From a virus: 64,000 nt of DNA. Location of the stretch: positions 132,677-196,676 of the IMG/VR virus record IMGVR_UViG_3300048997_000130. The stretch is one strand, 5' to 3'. A program made the translations under genes and the position numbers. Below are positions 1 to 9,241 of this stretch, piece by piece (positions within the stretch are counted from its first letter, which is position 1; every line of letters begins with the position of its first letter). Below the pieces are notes generated by a model. The model saw only the letters and a list, made by a program, of their open reading frames with translations. It did no database searches and was not told where the DNA came from.

Positions 1-27
1 TTCTTTCATAAGAGTTGTCGATAATCA

Positions 28-549
28 ATGTATTGGAACCGTTGGAATTTAAAAATGAATAATATTAATTGTTATTTGCCTCCTAGTACGTCATCTATCA
101 ATATGTCGCAGTCCGGAGTCCGGACTCTCGTAATTGAAAATTTAAATCGTCTCGAGCCATATCTTGAGAAATTGGAAAAACGACAGTTTGAAGCATCTTC
201 GGAATATCTTGATAAACATCTGGTTAATCGATTCCTAAAAACTATCGTGGGAATTAAGTCATTGGAGAAATTCGGACAATATTTGACTTTAATCATGCTT
301 AATCGGGCTCGTATTAAAACTCATAACGTTCAATTGGAAGAAAATATCGAGCGATATCGGATTTGCATTAAACGTCTTAAAGACATTTTAAGGCTTTCCA
401 GATTCTCGAAAGTTGTTCATATCGATGCTCGGGATTTGCGTTTGCTTGCGTTCGAAGGTTGGGATAAAGAACAAGAGTATATTAGGCAGGCTTTTCCTGA
501 ATATTACAAGAATCATAATAACGAAGTTGATGTGGACAATCAATCGTAA
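28..549 (+). CDS. hypothetical protein, paralog of 581..1039
   Basis: C-terminal half (IKRLKDILRLSR...IDARDLRLL...EYIRQAFPEYY) aligns by eye with the next ORF (IKRIKDLLRMTR...ISAIDLRIL...EYFHTHYPDY). Confidence 0.75.
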   Translation: MYWNRWNLKMNNINCYLPPSTSSINMSQSGVRTLVIENLNRLEPYLEKLEKRQFEASSEYLDKHLVNRFLKTIVGIKSLEKFGQYLTLIMLNRARIKTHNVQLEENIERYRICIKRLKDILRLSRFSKVVHIDARDLRLLAFEGWDKEQEYIRQAFPEYYKNHNNEVDVDNQS

Positions 550-577
550 ATCAATTTATTGATTTTGTAGGAATGGA
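547..577 (+). repeat. 31-bp intergenic direct repeat, copy 1 (copy 2 at 1046..1076)
   Basis: TAAATCAATTTATTGATTTTGTAGGAATGGA vs TAAATAAATTTATTGATTTTGTAGGAATGGA, 30/31 identical; each lies just before a start codon. Confidence 0.9.
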
Positions 578-580
578 CTG

Positions 581-1039
581 ATGCATCAAATCGTCGCTGG
601 AATATCTCTTGTAGAAATTGAATCATCAACAGTTATTCAATTGGCCATCCAATCTTTAAACTTGGTTGAACCATTGCTCAAGAATGTAAAGCGTAAACAG
701 CATGAATTAACATTTACAGCTTTAGATAATATGACTGTTTGGGAATGGATAAGAGTCCATTTGAAACCCATTCCAATTTGGGGAGTCCAAATTAATAGAT
801 CAATTACGGATAGATGTGTGAAGAAAGCAAGTATTAAAGCCATTAACTCCGCACTGAATAATCAAAGCAATGATTATGAGTCAATGATTAAACGTATCAA
901 AGACTTGCTTAGAATGACTCGTCACAATAATACTGTTTGGATATCGGCTATTGACTTGAGGATCTTGCATTGTGAAAACGGTCTTCAAGAACGTGAATAT
1001 TTCCATACGCATTATCCTGACTATCGAGGTCATGATTAG
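581..1039 (+). CDS. hypothetical protein, paralog of 28..549
   Basis: 152-aa ORF; shared C-terminal block as above. Confidence 0.75.
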   Translation: MHQIVAGISLVEIESSTVIQLAIQSLNLVEPLLKNVKRKQHELTFTALDNMTVWEWIRVHLKPIPIWGVQINRSITDRCVKKASIKAINSALNNQSNDYESMIKRIKDLLRMTRHNNTVWISAIDLRILHCENGLQEREYFHTHYPDYRGHD

Positions 1040-1045
1040 TAATTG

Positions 1046-1076
1046 TAAATAAATTTATTGATTTTGTAGGAATGGA
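1046..1076 (+). repeat. 31-bp intergenic direct repeat, copy 2
   Basis: 30/31 identical to 547..577. Confidence 0.9.
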
Positions 1077-1078
1077 TT

Positions 1079-1294
1079 ATGCAGAAGAAACAATCATTGG
1101 AAGAATTTTTCAGAGTCTATACCTGGAAGATTATCGGTATCATGGCTTGCGCCATAATGATTGTTCTTTATGTTGTTGGAGCTCTGTTCATTTTTCCTAA
1201 AGAATATTTTCTCCCATCATTCTTGATGATCATATACTTCAGTTTCCAAGCAGGTATTCTTGTCCAACAATTTAAGAATCGAGGTGCCCCTTGA
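1079..1294 (+). CDS. small membrane protein (2 TM)
   Basis: Two hydrophobic stretches (IIGIMACAIMIVLYVVGALFIF; FLMIIYFSFQAGILV). Confidence 0.7.
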   Translation: MQKKQSLEEFFRVYTWKIIGIMACAIMIVLYVVGALFIFPKEYFLPSFLMIIYFSFQAGILVQQFKNRGAP

Positions 1295-1488
1295 AGGTCT
1301 GATTAAACCCAATTAAATTCCTCTATTTGATATGTGATTGATATGGCATAGTGCCGAATGTTTGAATTAATATTTACTCAGGTGATCGTCATGTGAACGC
1401 AATTCTGCGCCAACTTTCATGTTGGCAGGTTAGACTCCTAACCCAAAAATCTGCTAATATTTATAAAATCAATAACCATTATGGTTCA

Positions 1489-1523
1489 AATTATGGGAGA
1501 AAGCCTGGCTTTCTCCCATAATT
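1489..1523. terminator. 16-bp stem hairpin, probable (bidirectional) terminator
   Basis: AATTATGGGAGAAAGC-CTG-GCTTTCTCCCATAATT in an intergenic region. Confidence 0.55.
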
Positions 1524-1562
1524 TTATGTGTAAATTAATATAATAGTTATTTAATTACAGAC

Positions 1563-1871
1563 ATGATATCTAGCAAACAAGATTTGGTTTGGCAAGCTCG
1601 AATGGTAGCCGCTCGTGGCAAATGGATCGTAGACAGCATCCATAACGGTAAGAATCGAGACTTCTTATGTTATCTTCCGGAAGCTGCAGAGGACGGCATC
1701 TGCGGGATTTACGTGTCAATTATCGGGAATCGGGCGAACGCTGGATATTACTCCGGTGCGATTCCGCATATCGGAGATGCAATCTTCACAATCGTATGGC
1801 AGAAAGAATTCACGACTGTAAATGAGGCGTTCTCGAGAGTGTTGGGACGTCTTGGTATCAATCTCATTTGA
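1563..1871 (+). CDS. hypothetical protein
   Basis: 102-aa ORF, co-oriented with its neighbours. Confidence 0.7.
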   Translation: MISSKQDLVWQARMVAARGKWIVDSIHNGKNRDFLCYLPEAAEDGICGIYVSIIGNRANAGYYSGAIPHIGDAIFTIVWQKEFTTVNEAFSRVLGRLGINLI

Positions 1872-1882
1872 AAGAATTATGA

Positions 1883-2122
1883 ATGGCAATCATTGATCAT
1901 CCGACTCGTAAATGTGGCTATGAACTTTTCGATTATAAACCCTCAAAGGTTGTCCAATGCGAATTCTGTCGCGCTTTGTGTTCGCATTCCGGGCATGACG
2001 CTGGCGAAGCCGCTGATCAGGCTCGGAAAGTCGGATGGCAGACTGTGCGTGGTCGTATGCGATCGGATCCCAAACAGTGGGCTTGTTCGGAATGCATTAA
2101 GAAGCCTGATATTTGGACGTAA
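1883..2122 (+). CDS. small Cys-rich (Zn-finger-like) protein
   Basis: CEFC and CSEC pairs. Confidence 0.65.
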   Translation: MAIIDHPTRKCGYELFDYKPSKVVQCEFCRALCSHSGHDAGEAADQARKVGWQTVRGRMRSDPKQWACSECIKKPDIWT

Positions 2123-2171
2123 ATTTACTAACTAGTTAGTATTTAAACCAACTATATCTTGGAGTATAAAT

Positions 2172-2537
2172 ATGCCATATTACGTAAAGACTCATCGAAT
2201 GTTGTTCAATTTGTGTCGTTTGAATTTGGCGACATTCGATGAGATTGAACAATGCCGGATTTTGGTTTTGGACGAAGACCTTAAAGAAATCAGCATTCAT
2301 ATTGAACAGCAAACTCGGAATTTGATTGAAGATAGACAGCAATTGGCTCTATTGCCCGGAATCGATTTGAAAGTAGAACAAATATATATTATGGAACGCC
2401 ATCGTGATGAACTCTTGGCGATGAAACGCCAAACACATAAGCTCACGAGCTCCATGATGAACGTCCTGTATAATGGGATCGTTCCACCATGGGCTCGTCC
2501 TAATTCTAATATCAAGTCTTCCAAAACGATATACTGA
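2172..2537 (+). CDS. hypothetical protein
   Basis: 121-aa ORF with helical, coiled-coil-like composition. Confidence 0.65.
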   Translation: MPYYVKTHRMLFNLCRLNLATFDEIEQCRILVLDEDLKEISIHIEQQTRNLIEDRQQLALLPGIDLKVEQIYIMERHRDELLAMKRQTHKLTSSMMNVLYNGIVPPWARPNSNIKSSKTIY

Positions 2538-2577
2538 GAAACATCTGATACTCAATATCCGAACAAGAGATTTTCCA

Positions 2578-3030
2578 ATGTCCTATACTACACGGATTCC
2601 GGTTGAAGGCGTGGATAATGCGTTTGTTATTCACAATTCTGATTTCTCAGGCGACGTAGTTGTCTGTTGGGGGAATGTCACCCCTGATAATGGATTGAAT
2701 AATCCTGCTCACCGGGTGACTTTGCCGGGTGAGTTGCTCCTTCAAATCAGTGCTTGCGCTGCTTTCGAATATTTCCGAGCCAAGACTATTTCATTTTTGG
2801 AGGGGCTCGAACCCAAATTTATGATTCGATCTGCGTCTCGATCAGATATCCGGAAGAAAGAGCGAGATAATATAGAAGAATTTGTTCGCAATCTTGGATA
2901 TTCTATATGCGCCGATAAAATAAAGGCGCTCGGAGAGCCATTCCAAGCCTTGAATGACAGTTCTCGCAGTGATGCCGGTCTTGGAAATTTCGATGAGCTT
3001 CCTTGCAGCTCGGACGAAAAGTCTCCGTAG
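2578..3030 (+). CDS. hypothetical protein (ORF open from 2473; ATG at 2578 preferred)
   Basis: Starting at MSYTTRIP avoids overlap with the upstream gene. Confidence 0.65.
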   Translation: MSYTTRIPVEGVDNAFVIHNSDFSGDVVVCWGNVTPDNGLNNPAHRVTLPGELLLQISACAAFEYFRAKTISFLEGLEPKFMIRSASRSDIRKKERDNIEEFVRNLGYSICADKIKALGEPFQALNDSSRSDAGLGNFDELPCSSDEKSP

Positions 3031-3058
3031 TAATTTGGACTAAGACCGAAGGAAAGGA

Positions 3059-3101
3059 AACAGCAGCCTGAGGGTAAAAAGGGGAACCTCAGGCTGCTGT
3101 T
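3059..3101. terminator. 15-bp inverted repeat hairpin
   Basis: AACAGCAGCCTGAGG...CCTCAGGCTGCTGTT just downstream of the 3030 stop. Confidence 0.6.
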
Positions 3102-3213
3102 AGAGAGGTACTCAATCCGTCGTCTTGTCTATAGTAATAATAACACTTTCCGTTCCTTCCAACAAGTTGCAAATCGGATACCCATCCCTGTAATCCTCCT
3201 AGAGAGATTATAG

Positions 3214-3486
3214 ATGTCCAGTAAGAAAAAAGCCACTGTCCGCGATTTGTTTATTGGTGCTGTCATTCGAATAATTCCAGAAGATGGCAATATTGACGCG
3301 TTCGAAGACGCTATTATTGTCGAACAAACACTATTTGGCTGGCGCTGCGTTCGCCCCTATGTGTTTGTTCTTGGCAATGGACAATTTGAAGTCCGAACCG
3401 AAATCTACATATTGAGCGAAAATACTGTCCAGAAGAGATTAGTGGAAGTAATTTCGCCAAATCAAGATATCGGATTTGCTACCTAG
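3214..3486 (+). CDS. hypothetical protein
   Basis: 90-aa ORF. Confidence 0.65.
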   Translation: MSSKKKATVRDLFIGAVIRIIPEDGNIDAFEDAIIVEQTLFGWRCVRPYVFVLGNGQFEVRTEIYILSENTVQKRLVEVISPNQDIGFAT

Positions 3487-3497
3487 GGGGTAAATAA

Positions 3498-4019
3498 ATG
3501 AAACACTTTCGTAATGTTATGATGAAATCCGATCCCAATCTATCTACTATCATGAAACTACATACTTCAATGTTCCCGAATGATGAAGAAGTCACAACCA
3601 TTTACGTAGGTTCTGCAGCCTCTGCTGTAGAAGAGAAGACTCGACCGGATATCTATATTAGTATCATGGCAGCCGGTCATATTCATGGATTTGCGGAAGC
3701 TGAACATTATCCGTGGCAAAAACCCAGTACATTCTGGAGTTGCGTGGCCGACGCTCAAGTGCCAGAACTCAATTGTGAACAACGCATACAATATATCAAA
3801 AATTTTTTGGAAGGGGTTGCACATTATTACGAACTCAATAACGTGCCGACTTTGGATGAATATGCGGTTTTGCAACAAATATTGAATAATAAAGATGATG
3901 CAGAAGAGGAAGAACTGGATAGGGTGACAGATTCTCTCATTCAGTCTCTTCCTGCGACGCATGAACACTCTGGCGTATTCGATAGGATTAAAAATATTTT
4001 CCAGAGGTTTGTTGCATAA
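3498..4019 (+). CDS. hypothetical protein
   Basis: 173-aa ORF with a GGGGG SD-like element upstream. Confidence 0.7.
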   Translation: MKHFRNVMMKSDPNLSTIMKLHTSMFPNDEEVTTIYVGSAASAVEEKTRPDIYISIMAAGHIHGFAEAEHYPWQKPSTFWSCVADAQVPELNCEQRIQYIKNFLEGVAHYYELNNVPTLDEYAVLQQILNNKDDAEEEELDRVTDSLIQSLPATHEHSGVFDRIKNIFQRFVA

Positions 4020-4070
4020 ACTGAAAATTCTGTAGCTTAAGATTTTATCTTGTATAATTTTATAAGATAA

Positions 4071-4280
4071 ATGAAAACTTTAGCCCATTTTGCAATTGAT
4101 ATTCAGCGTGATATGTGTTTAGAGCTTTCAGGTAGTCAATTTGAAGCCTTAATCACTATGCTCCAGTCGGATCCCGAAGCTGAAACTAAGAGACTATGGG
4201 AACTTCGACCCAAACAAGTGATGATTGAAATTAATAAACGGATGGAATTCGATAGACAAATATATCAAAATTCGTTCTAG
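4071..4280 (+). CDS. hypothetical protein
   Basis: 69-aa ORF. Confidence 0.55.
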   Translation: MKTLAHFAIDIQRDMCLELSGSQFEALITMLQSDPEAETKRLWELRPKQVMIEINKRMEFDRQIYQNSF

Positions 4281-4307
4281 TCTTGATGTATGTTGTTGAG
4301 ATAGGTA

Positions 4308-4490
4308 ATGGAAATGGCCGATATTATCTCAACAACATCTGGTACTACGGATACTAAAATCGCTCTATGGAAAACATTACGAGCACATTGTTCAATGGCG
4401 GAAATTGTGGAGTTGCTGCGTTACGAACTTGAACAAAATGGTAGTATGGTATCCGAAAGATTGGCTAATATACTTAAGAAATCATTATAA
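4308..4490 (+). CDS. hypothetical protein
   Basis: 60-aa ORF. Confidence 0.5.
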   Translation: MEMADIISTTSGTTDTKIALWKTLRAHCSMAEIVELLRYELEQNGSMVSERLANILKKSL

Positions 4491-4602
4491 TATATGACAT
4501 TACTATGTGTAATATATTCTGACGAGATATGACATATGTTCCATTGGTGCGGCAATCCATTCCATGATCTTCCGATGCTGTTAATAACGATGTTTCCTGT
4601 TC

Positions 4603-4992
4603 TTGGCTCGATCGTGGAATTTCTTCGAATACAAATCACTCGCCGTTTTATTTCTCATCACAATTGCAATCATGGATCTACCGATAATAGCCAGAAGGAT
4701 TGCTCTTGATCCGATGCGCAAGTCGATTTTGACGACGCGTACACGTATGGATTCTACTGCTCCCGGACCTTCTAGGCTTCGTCATTTATCGGAATTAATC
4801 CAATATTTAGAGTCAGATATTGAACATGCTGTATTGATATGGTCAAATATTGATTGGATAGCTATTTATCGCAACAAATCTTCACCTCGTTACTATATAG
4901 TCTCTAGGCTTCCAACCAAAGACATTGATAACAAACTGGGAGACAAAATCAAAACGGCTGATGATGCTATCGACGCTGCATTGCAAATTTGA
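4603..4992 (+). CDS. hypothetical protein (start uncertain)
   Basis: 129-aa ORF. Confidence 0.55.
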   Translation: MARSWNFFEYKSLAVLFLITIAIMDLPIIARRIALDPMRKSILTTRTRMDSTAPGPSRLRHLSELIQYLESDIEHAVLIWSNIDWIAIYRNKSSPRYYIVSRLPTKDIDNKLGDKIKTADDAIDAALQI

Positions 4993-5017
4993 TATTTCCA
5001 GTTTCATAACCGAGATA

Positions 5018-5413
5018 ATGAATACAAAAACCAAAACTACGGGCGATTGTTCTCAAGTAGGATCTAACAGAGAATTCTATTTGAAATTTCTCATCGATAA
5101 CAATGCAGCTACGGAGGCCGAACGTACTGAATATATGATGATAATACGACCTCGCGTATTTCGGAAATGGACAGAACGGGGGATTTTACCTGGGACGCCA
5201 CGTACTGCTAGTGGTGAACTGGAACGTAATGTTTTACTAAATGTGAACGGGATCGGTGATTACTGCGTCAGTACATTGCCGAAAGGTCGTGGAGAAGAAC
5301 TCCAGGGAATCATCGATCAACTTACGACTTTATCTCCTGAAGAGCTTCTTATTATGAGTGAAGTGATATTTTCTTTGAGTCGTAAATCCGGACTAATCCG
5401 AGAAAGACTCTAA
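5018..5413 (+). CDS. hypothetical protein (ORF open from 4925; ATG 5018 preferred)
   Basis: Starting at MNTKTK avoids overlap. Confidence 0.6.
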   Translation: MNTKTKTTGDCSQVGSNREFYLKFLIDNNAATEAERTEYMMIIRPRVFRKWTERGILPGTPRTASGELERNVLLNVNGIGDYCVSTLPKGRGEELQGIIDQLTTLSPEELLIMSEVIFSLSRKSGLIRERL

Positions 5414-5436
5414 ATAACTTTGCAAATTCTTATTTA

Positions 5437-5676
5437 TTGTATGTAGTTCACGGTTGGATGATGAACCCTTACCCGAACCCACGAAAAACAGTTTTCCTTC
5501 CAAATCTTGAAGGATTCCGATTCATTGGTGTTTTTCGTGACAATTCAATTCGTGAATGTGTTATCACAATTAATGAATCGGGTCTACACTCCGTAGATAA
5601 TTACGATAAATTGGTAGGATGGTTTGAAATAAATTCAATGGCTCTATGTAGTCCAACCTCCAATTCTTCTATATAG
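5437..5676 (+). CDS. hypothetical protein
   Basis: 79-aa ORF. Confidence 0.55.
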   Translation: MYVVHGWMMNPYPNPRKTVFLPNLEGFRFIGVFRDNSIRECVITINESGLHSVDNYDKLVGWFEINSMALCSPTSNSSI

Positions 5677-5721
5677 AGCCGGCATGAGCTCCCGGAGGTC
5701 TAAGCCCAACCTCCAAAACTA

Positions 5722-5743
5722 AGCCCCTGATTCTTCGGGGGCT
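5722..5743. terminator. GC-rich hairpin between convergent genes
   Basis: AGCCCCTGA-TTCT-TCGGGGGCT. Confidence 0.55.
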
Positions 5744-6186
5744 CATGCTTCTTTAATGATGCTTTCAAATCGAACATCCATTATTTCTTGGATTACAGGT
5801 TTCCGAAACATAGAAACGACGTCGTCTTCGGAGACTATTTCATTTAATTCTTGAAATGTAAAATTCAGATATTTCATAGTTGTTAAATATCTGATTTTGG
5901 TCAGATATTTAGAAAGATCAACATTATTAGGTGTCCAATTAATTATAAGTTGTGATAACTGTGTATTTATTGCTGATATTATAGATAAATCACTATCCAA
6001 TATATTACAATTCAACAAATGTAATTCTTCGTTAGTTTGATCTTTGACTAATGTGAATCTAACGATCATCTGAATGTCATTCCATGGGCCTTTTCCAGAA
6101 AGCGAATGAATTTGACCAATGATTCGGCCTCCTGGAATCACCAATATAGGTTCAAATGGCTCATATATTGTTTCTGATAAAGACAT
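5743..6186 (-). CDS. hypothetical protein; tag-like VIQEIMD followed by an 11-aa extension
   Basis: 147-aa ORF ending ...KPVIQEIMDVRFESIIKEA. Confidence 0.65.
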   Translation of the reverse strand: MSLSETIYEPFEPILVIPGGRIIGQIHSLSGKGPWNDIQMIVRFTLVKDQTNEELHLLNCNILDSDLSIISAINTQLSQLIINWTPNNVDLSKYLTKIRYLTTMKYLNFTFQELNEIVSEDDVVSMFRKPVIQEIMDVRFESIIKEA

Positions 6187-6194
6187 AAAATTTG

Positions 6195-6266
6195 TCCACC
6201 ATGCTGGACTTGAACCAGCCCGCCAACCTTATAAGAGTCGGCAGCTCAACCCGAGCGTTATGGTGG
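6195..6266 (-). tRNA. trnI: tRNA-Ile(UAU), atypical
   Basis: Acceptor CCACCAT/ATGGTGG; T-arm GCTGG-TTCAAGT-CCAGC; anticodon loop CT-TAT-AA; short D-loop, extended anticodon stem, no encoded CCA. Confidence 0.6.
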
Positions 6267-6303
6267 GGAGGGGGTGTGAATAACTATCTAACGGCCGGTA
6301 CTA

Positions 6304-6840
6304 TTATTCTTCCATAGTTCCACTAATTATAGCTTCTGACCAAGCGTCTGTAACATCAGATTCTGTCAGATGTCTACCATATTGTTTCATTGTCGCAATT
6401 AACATATGTTTATAAGCTATCGATTTACATTTTTTCCAAAGTTCCCATAGACTCGGACCATCAATTATTATTCTATTTGGAGTTTCCGGACATAACAGTC
6501 CAACCAATTTAAGATTGAGATTATCAAAAAATGATTTCGGATCTTCGCTTAACACACTAAATGATTTTACAATTATGTCTTTATTGTCACATTCTATCGA
6601 TATATCGACACAAGGTCGAAGCTTAAAAGTAGCTATTTTTTTATAATCACAATAAATTATGATGCGTAACGTGGCTAGTTCTAAATCAATGATTATTTCA
6701 TGTGGATTAGTCCTCCCTTCCATTCTCACAATTGGCGGTATTCCATATAAACTGCCAGTTGTAGCCCCTTGAGCGCCAGCAAAAGACCCAGATATTGGTG
6801 TTGGGCCTACAGGGACTGATGATTTAATGATCGGAATCAT
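6304..6840 (-). CDS. hypothetical protein, C-terminal tag family
   Basis: Ends AIISGTMEE. Confidence 0.7.
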   Translation of the reverse strand: MIPIIKSSVPVGPTPISGSFAGAQGATTGSLYGIPPIVRMEGRTNPHEIIIDLELATLRIIIYCDYKKIATFKLRPCVDISIECDNKDIIVKSFSVLSEDPKSFFDNLNLKLVGLLCPETPNRIIIDGPSLWELWKKCKSIAYKHMLIATMKQYGRHLTESDVTDAWSEAIISGTMEE

Positions 6841-7103
6841 TTAAGTAAGAATTGTAACGTATCACGCACTACCGAATTCCTATGTTTAATAGCTTCGGCA
6901 CTATCCGGATCCATACCGCCTGAATATAAATCTGATTCTTCAATAATGGCTTCCATAGAATCCAGTAAATTATCTTTATTAATCATCGACAATCTGGAGA
7001 AAAACACATCTTGGACAGTCATCACAGGTTGAACTTCTGAAGTGTCAACTTTCTTTTCATTGGACACGGAAGAAATCCTTGGATTCCCGATTAATTCATG
7101 CAT
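6837..7103 (-). CDS. hypothetical protein
   Basis: 88-aa ORF, overlap-coupled to 6304..6840. Confidence 0.6.
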   Translation of the reverse strand: MHELIGNPRISSVSNEKKVDTSEVQPVMTVQDVFFSRLSMINKDNLLDSMEAIIEESDLYSGGMDPDSAEAIKHRNSVVRDTLQFLLK

Positions 7104-7130
7104 TGATCAGCTCCATCATAAATATTACAT

Positions 7131-7421
7131 TTACCATCCATTATCAGTGGATTCAGGCTCAGCTTCGATAATCGGACTCCCGCAACGAGGACATTCATCA
7201 GGAACGATTCCGGATTCATGGTCTATTAATGGGTTCCAACCACAATGTGTTCCTTTTACGGATAATACATGAATACATGGCTGATGTTCCCCACAATCAC
7301 ACGCATATCCAAAATCAATGTTGACGTTGGGATCAAATTTTTCAACCATTTGCACAACATAAATATGTCCATGATCCTCGACGGTAGTTGACCATTTAAA
7401 CCAAGTTGTGCAAGCCCGCAT
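7131..7421 (-). CDS. Cys/His-rich small protein (possible Zn-binding)
   Basis: CDCGEHQPC, HCGWN, CPRCG. Confidence 0.6.
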   Translation of the reverse strand: MRACTTWFKWSTTVEDHGHIYVVQMVEKFDPNVNIDFGYACDCGEHQPCIHVLSVKGTHCGWNPLIDHESGIVPDECPRCGSPIIEAEPESTDNGW

Positions 7422-7486
7422 TTTTTCTCTAAATATTGATAAATAAATCCATCATTAATTTTCGTCTTAATTGTCTTCAGTTAAGA

Positions 7487-7711
7487 TTATTGAGATAACA
7501 GAATAGCTAGAATCAAACTCGCTTGTGCGGAAACATACACCGGATTACCATTCATTACGTTATATATAGTTATCGAAACCAATGGGCTTCGAAACTTAAT
7601 ATATTTTAATCGGAATGGAATTATTCCACCGGACATGGAAATTTCCATATCAGCTGAATTATCTGTGTTCCATTGAATTAATTCAACACGATCCGGATAT
7701 TTATCCGCCAT
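7487..7711 (-). CDS. hypothetical protein
   Basis: 74-aa ORF. Confidence 0.5.
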   Translation of the reverse strand: MADKYPDRVELIQWNTDNSADMEISMSGGIIPFRLKYIKFRSPLVSITIYNVMNGNPVYVSAQASLILAILLSQ

Positions 7712-7743
7712 CTTTTGAAAAAGATTTTGAATGACTGTATTAA

Positions 7744-8013
7744 TTAGAATATCCAGCCAAGTTGATGAGCGTTGGGATGATGAAGCTCGATATTCATGTG
7801 TGGTACTCCATCTTTAGATTGAGAATGGATTACCCCGACAATATATAATTCAAGCATCATAATAGTCTGAGATTCTCCATGCTTATCTTTATAAAAAACC
7901 GGGCCCTTCGCTTGGACTCGTTGCCCGATTTGTGGAACTCCTACGAACAGATTAGGGAATTTAACGAATTTGAAAATATCAATACTAGTGTGACAGTGGC
8001 CTTTAATAAACAT
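7744..8013 (-). CDS. hypothetical protein
   Basis: 89-aa ORF. Confidence 0.55.
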   Translation of the reverse strand: MFIKGHCHTSIDIFKFVKFPNLFVGVPQIGQRVQAKGPVFYKDKHGESQTIMMLELYIVGVIHSQSKDGVPHMNIELHHPNAHQLGWIF

Positions 8014-8078
8014 ATGAGAAAATACATAAATTATCAGCCAATTTCCGGAGATTCTACTATCTGATTTATATATGATGA

Positions 8079-8723
8079 TTGGAATATCATATGAGCCTCA
8101 ATTGCCAATTAACTATTAAAGGATGTGGAGCTGGAGCCAGGAATGGGAAATTGGTGCATGATAAGACGGGCCCAGTATCAGATTTCCTTCGTGATAATCA
8201 ATATTATTATCGGACAGTTCAGAATCATTTAATTGAATGTAAGAAATGCGATCCACAAGAAGCTTTGGAAGGGTTCTTACAAAATCGCAATTCCACTAAA
8301 AAATTTGGTCAAACGTCCCAGACGTTGATATTGATGGCTTTATCATATGAAAAACGCTTTGCTCAATATGTCAAAGAAGAGACTATTGATGAATTCGTCA
8401 TGCGCGGCCTAATAGAAGCTCCTGAATGTTTTATCAATGAAGAATTGCGTTTAACAGATAATCAACTTTTGCAAGCTTTGCGCTGGTCGCACTATGCGAT
8501 TTGGGCTTTTCGTTCACTTAAACGTAATGTTTCGTATCCTGTCGGATTCGAAAAATTTATTGATATCGTAAAACATGGGATTTGGCGAGGACGTTCTATC
8601 GTTATATCTAGACGTGTCCGAACACTTTGTGATATTTGTCTGGCGATTGAAGGGTTGGAAGTCTTGCCGTGTGATGAAGACTTGCAGAAATTGGCAGTGA
8701 TTGGATCGATTATGGGAACATGA
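8079..8723 (+). CDS. hypothetical protein, C-terminal tag family
   Basis: 214 aa, ends VIGSIMGT; ATGA-coupled to the next gene. Confidence 0.7.
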   Translation: MEYHMSLNCQLTIKGCGAGARNGKLVHDKTGPVSDFLRDNQYYYRTVQNHLIECKKCDPQEALEGFLQNRNSTKKFGQTSQTLILMALSYEKRFAQYVKEETIDEFVMRGLIEAPECFINEELRLTDNQLLQALRWSHYAIWAFRSLKRNVSYPVGFEKFIDIVKHGIWRGRSIVISRRVRTLCDICLAIEGLEVLPCDEDLQKLAVIGSIMGT

Positions 8724-9241
8724 CAACCATTGAAATTGATTGGTTCCAAAAACCGGATACTTCGTTTCCAATATTTTCGCATTCCATTCAGCTTGAAATT
8801 CAAGGACTGGATGCTGGATTAACTACATTCCAAATCAATATAACATTTGATATGAATCTAAATTTTCATATCAATGTGAAATTATGTGGCCCGTTATTTG
8901 ATATATCTTCTCCAAGCCGGCAAATGCAAACGCGATCATATAATAATTTCAGTTCTGTTTTTACGCTAAAGGAACTGTCTAGTCAAGGACTTGACAATAA
9001 TTTGCATCGACTGGCATCTAATGCTGTCCATTGTTTCACTTATTTAAATCTCGATGTATCGTTATTCGATCCGGTTCTTGCTCAAATTAAACAATCATTT
9101 CAACAGCGTCTATCAATATTGATTCGAGCGCATATTACTCAACAACTTATCATGGTTGTGGGTTTGAATGCATACATACCGGATGATGAAATAGATTCCA
9201 TAATTCAAACTATTCGTATTACGTCTGTTCTAAGTTCTTAA
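8720..9241 (+). CDS. hypothetical protein, tandem paralog array A
   Basis: Ends YIPDDEIDSIIQTIRITSVLSS (tag variant). Confidence 0.7.
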   Translation: MTTIEIDWFQKPDTSFPIFSHSIQLEIQGLDAGLTTFQINITFDMNLNFHINVKLCGPLFDISSPSRQMQTRSYNNFSSVFTLKELSSQGLDNNLHRLASNAVHCFTYLNLDVSLFDPVLAQIKQSFQQRLSILIRAHITQQLIMVVGLNAYIPDDEIDSIIQTIRITSVLSS

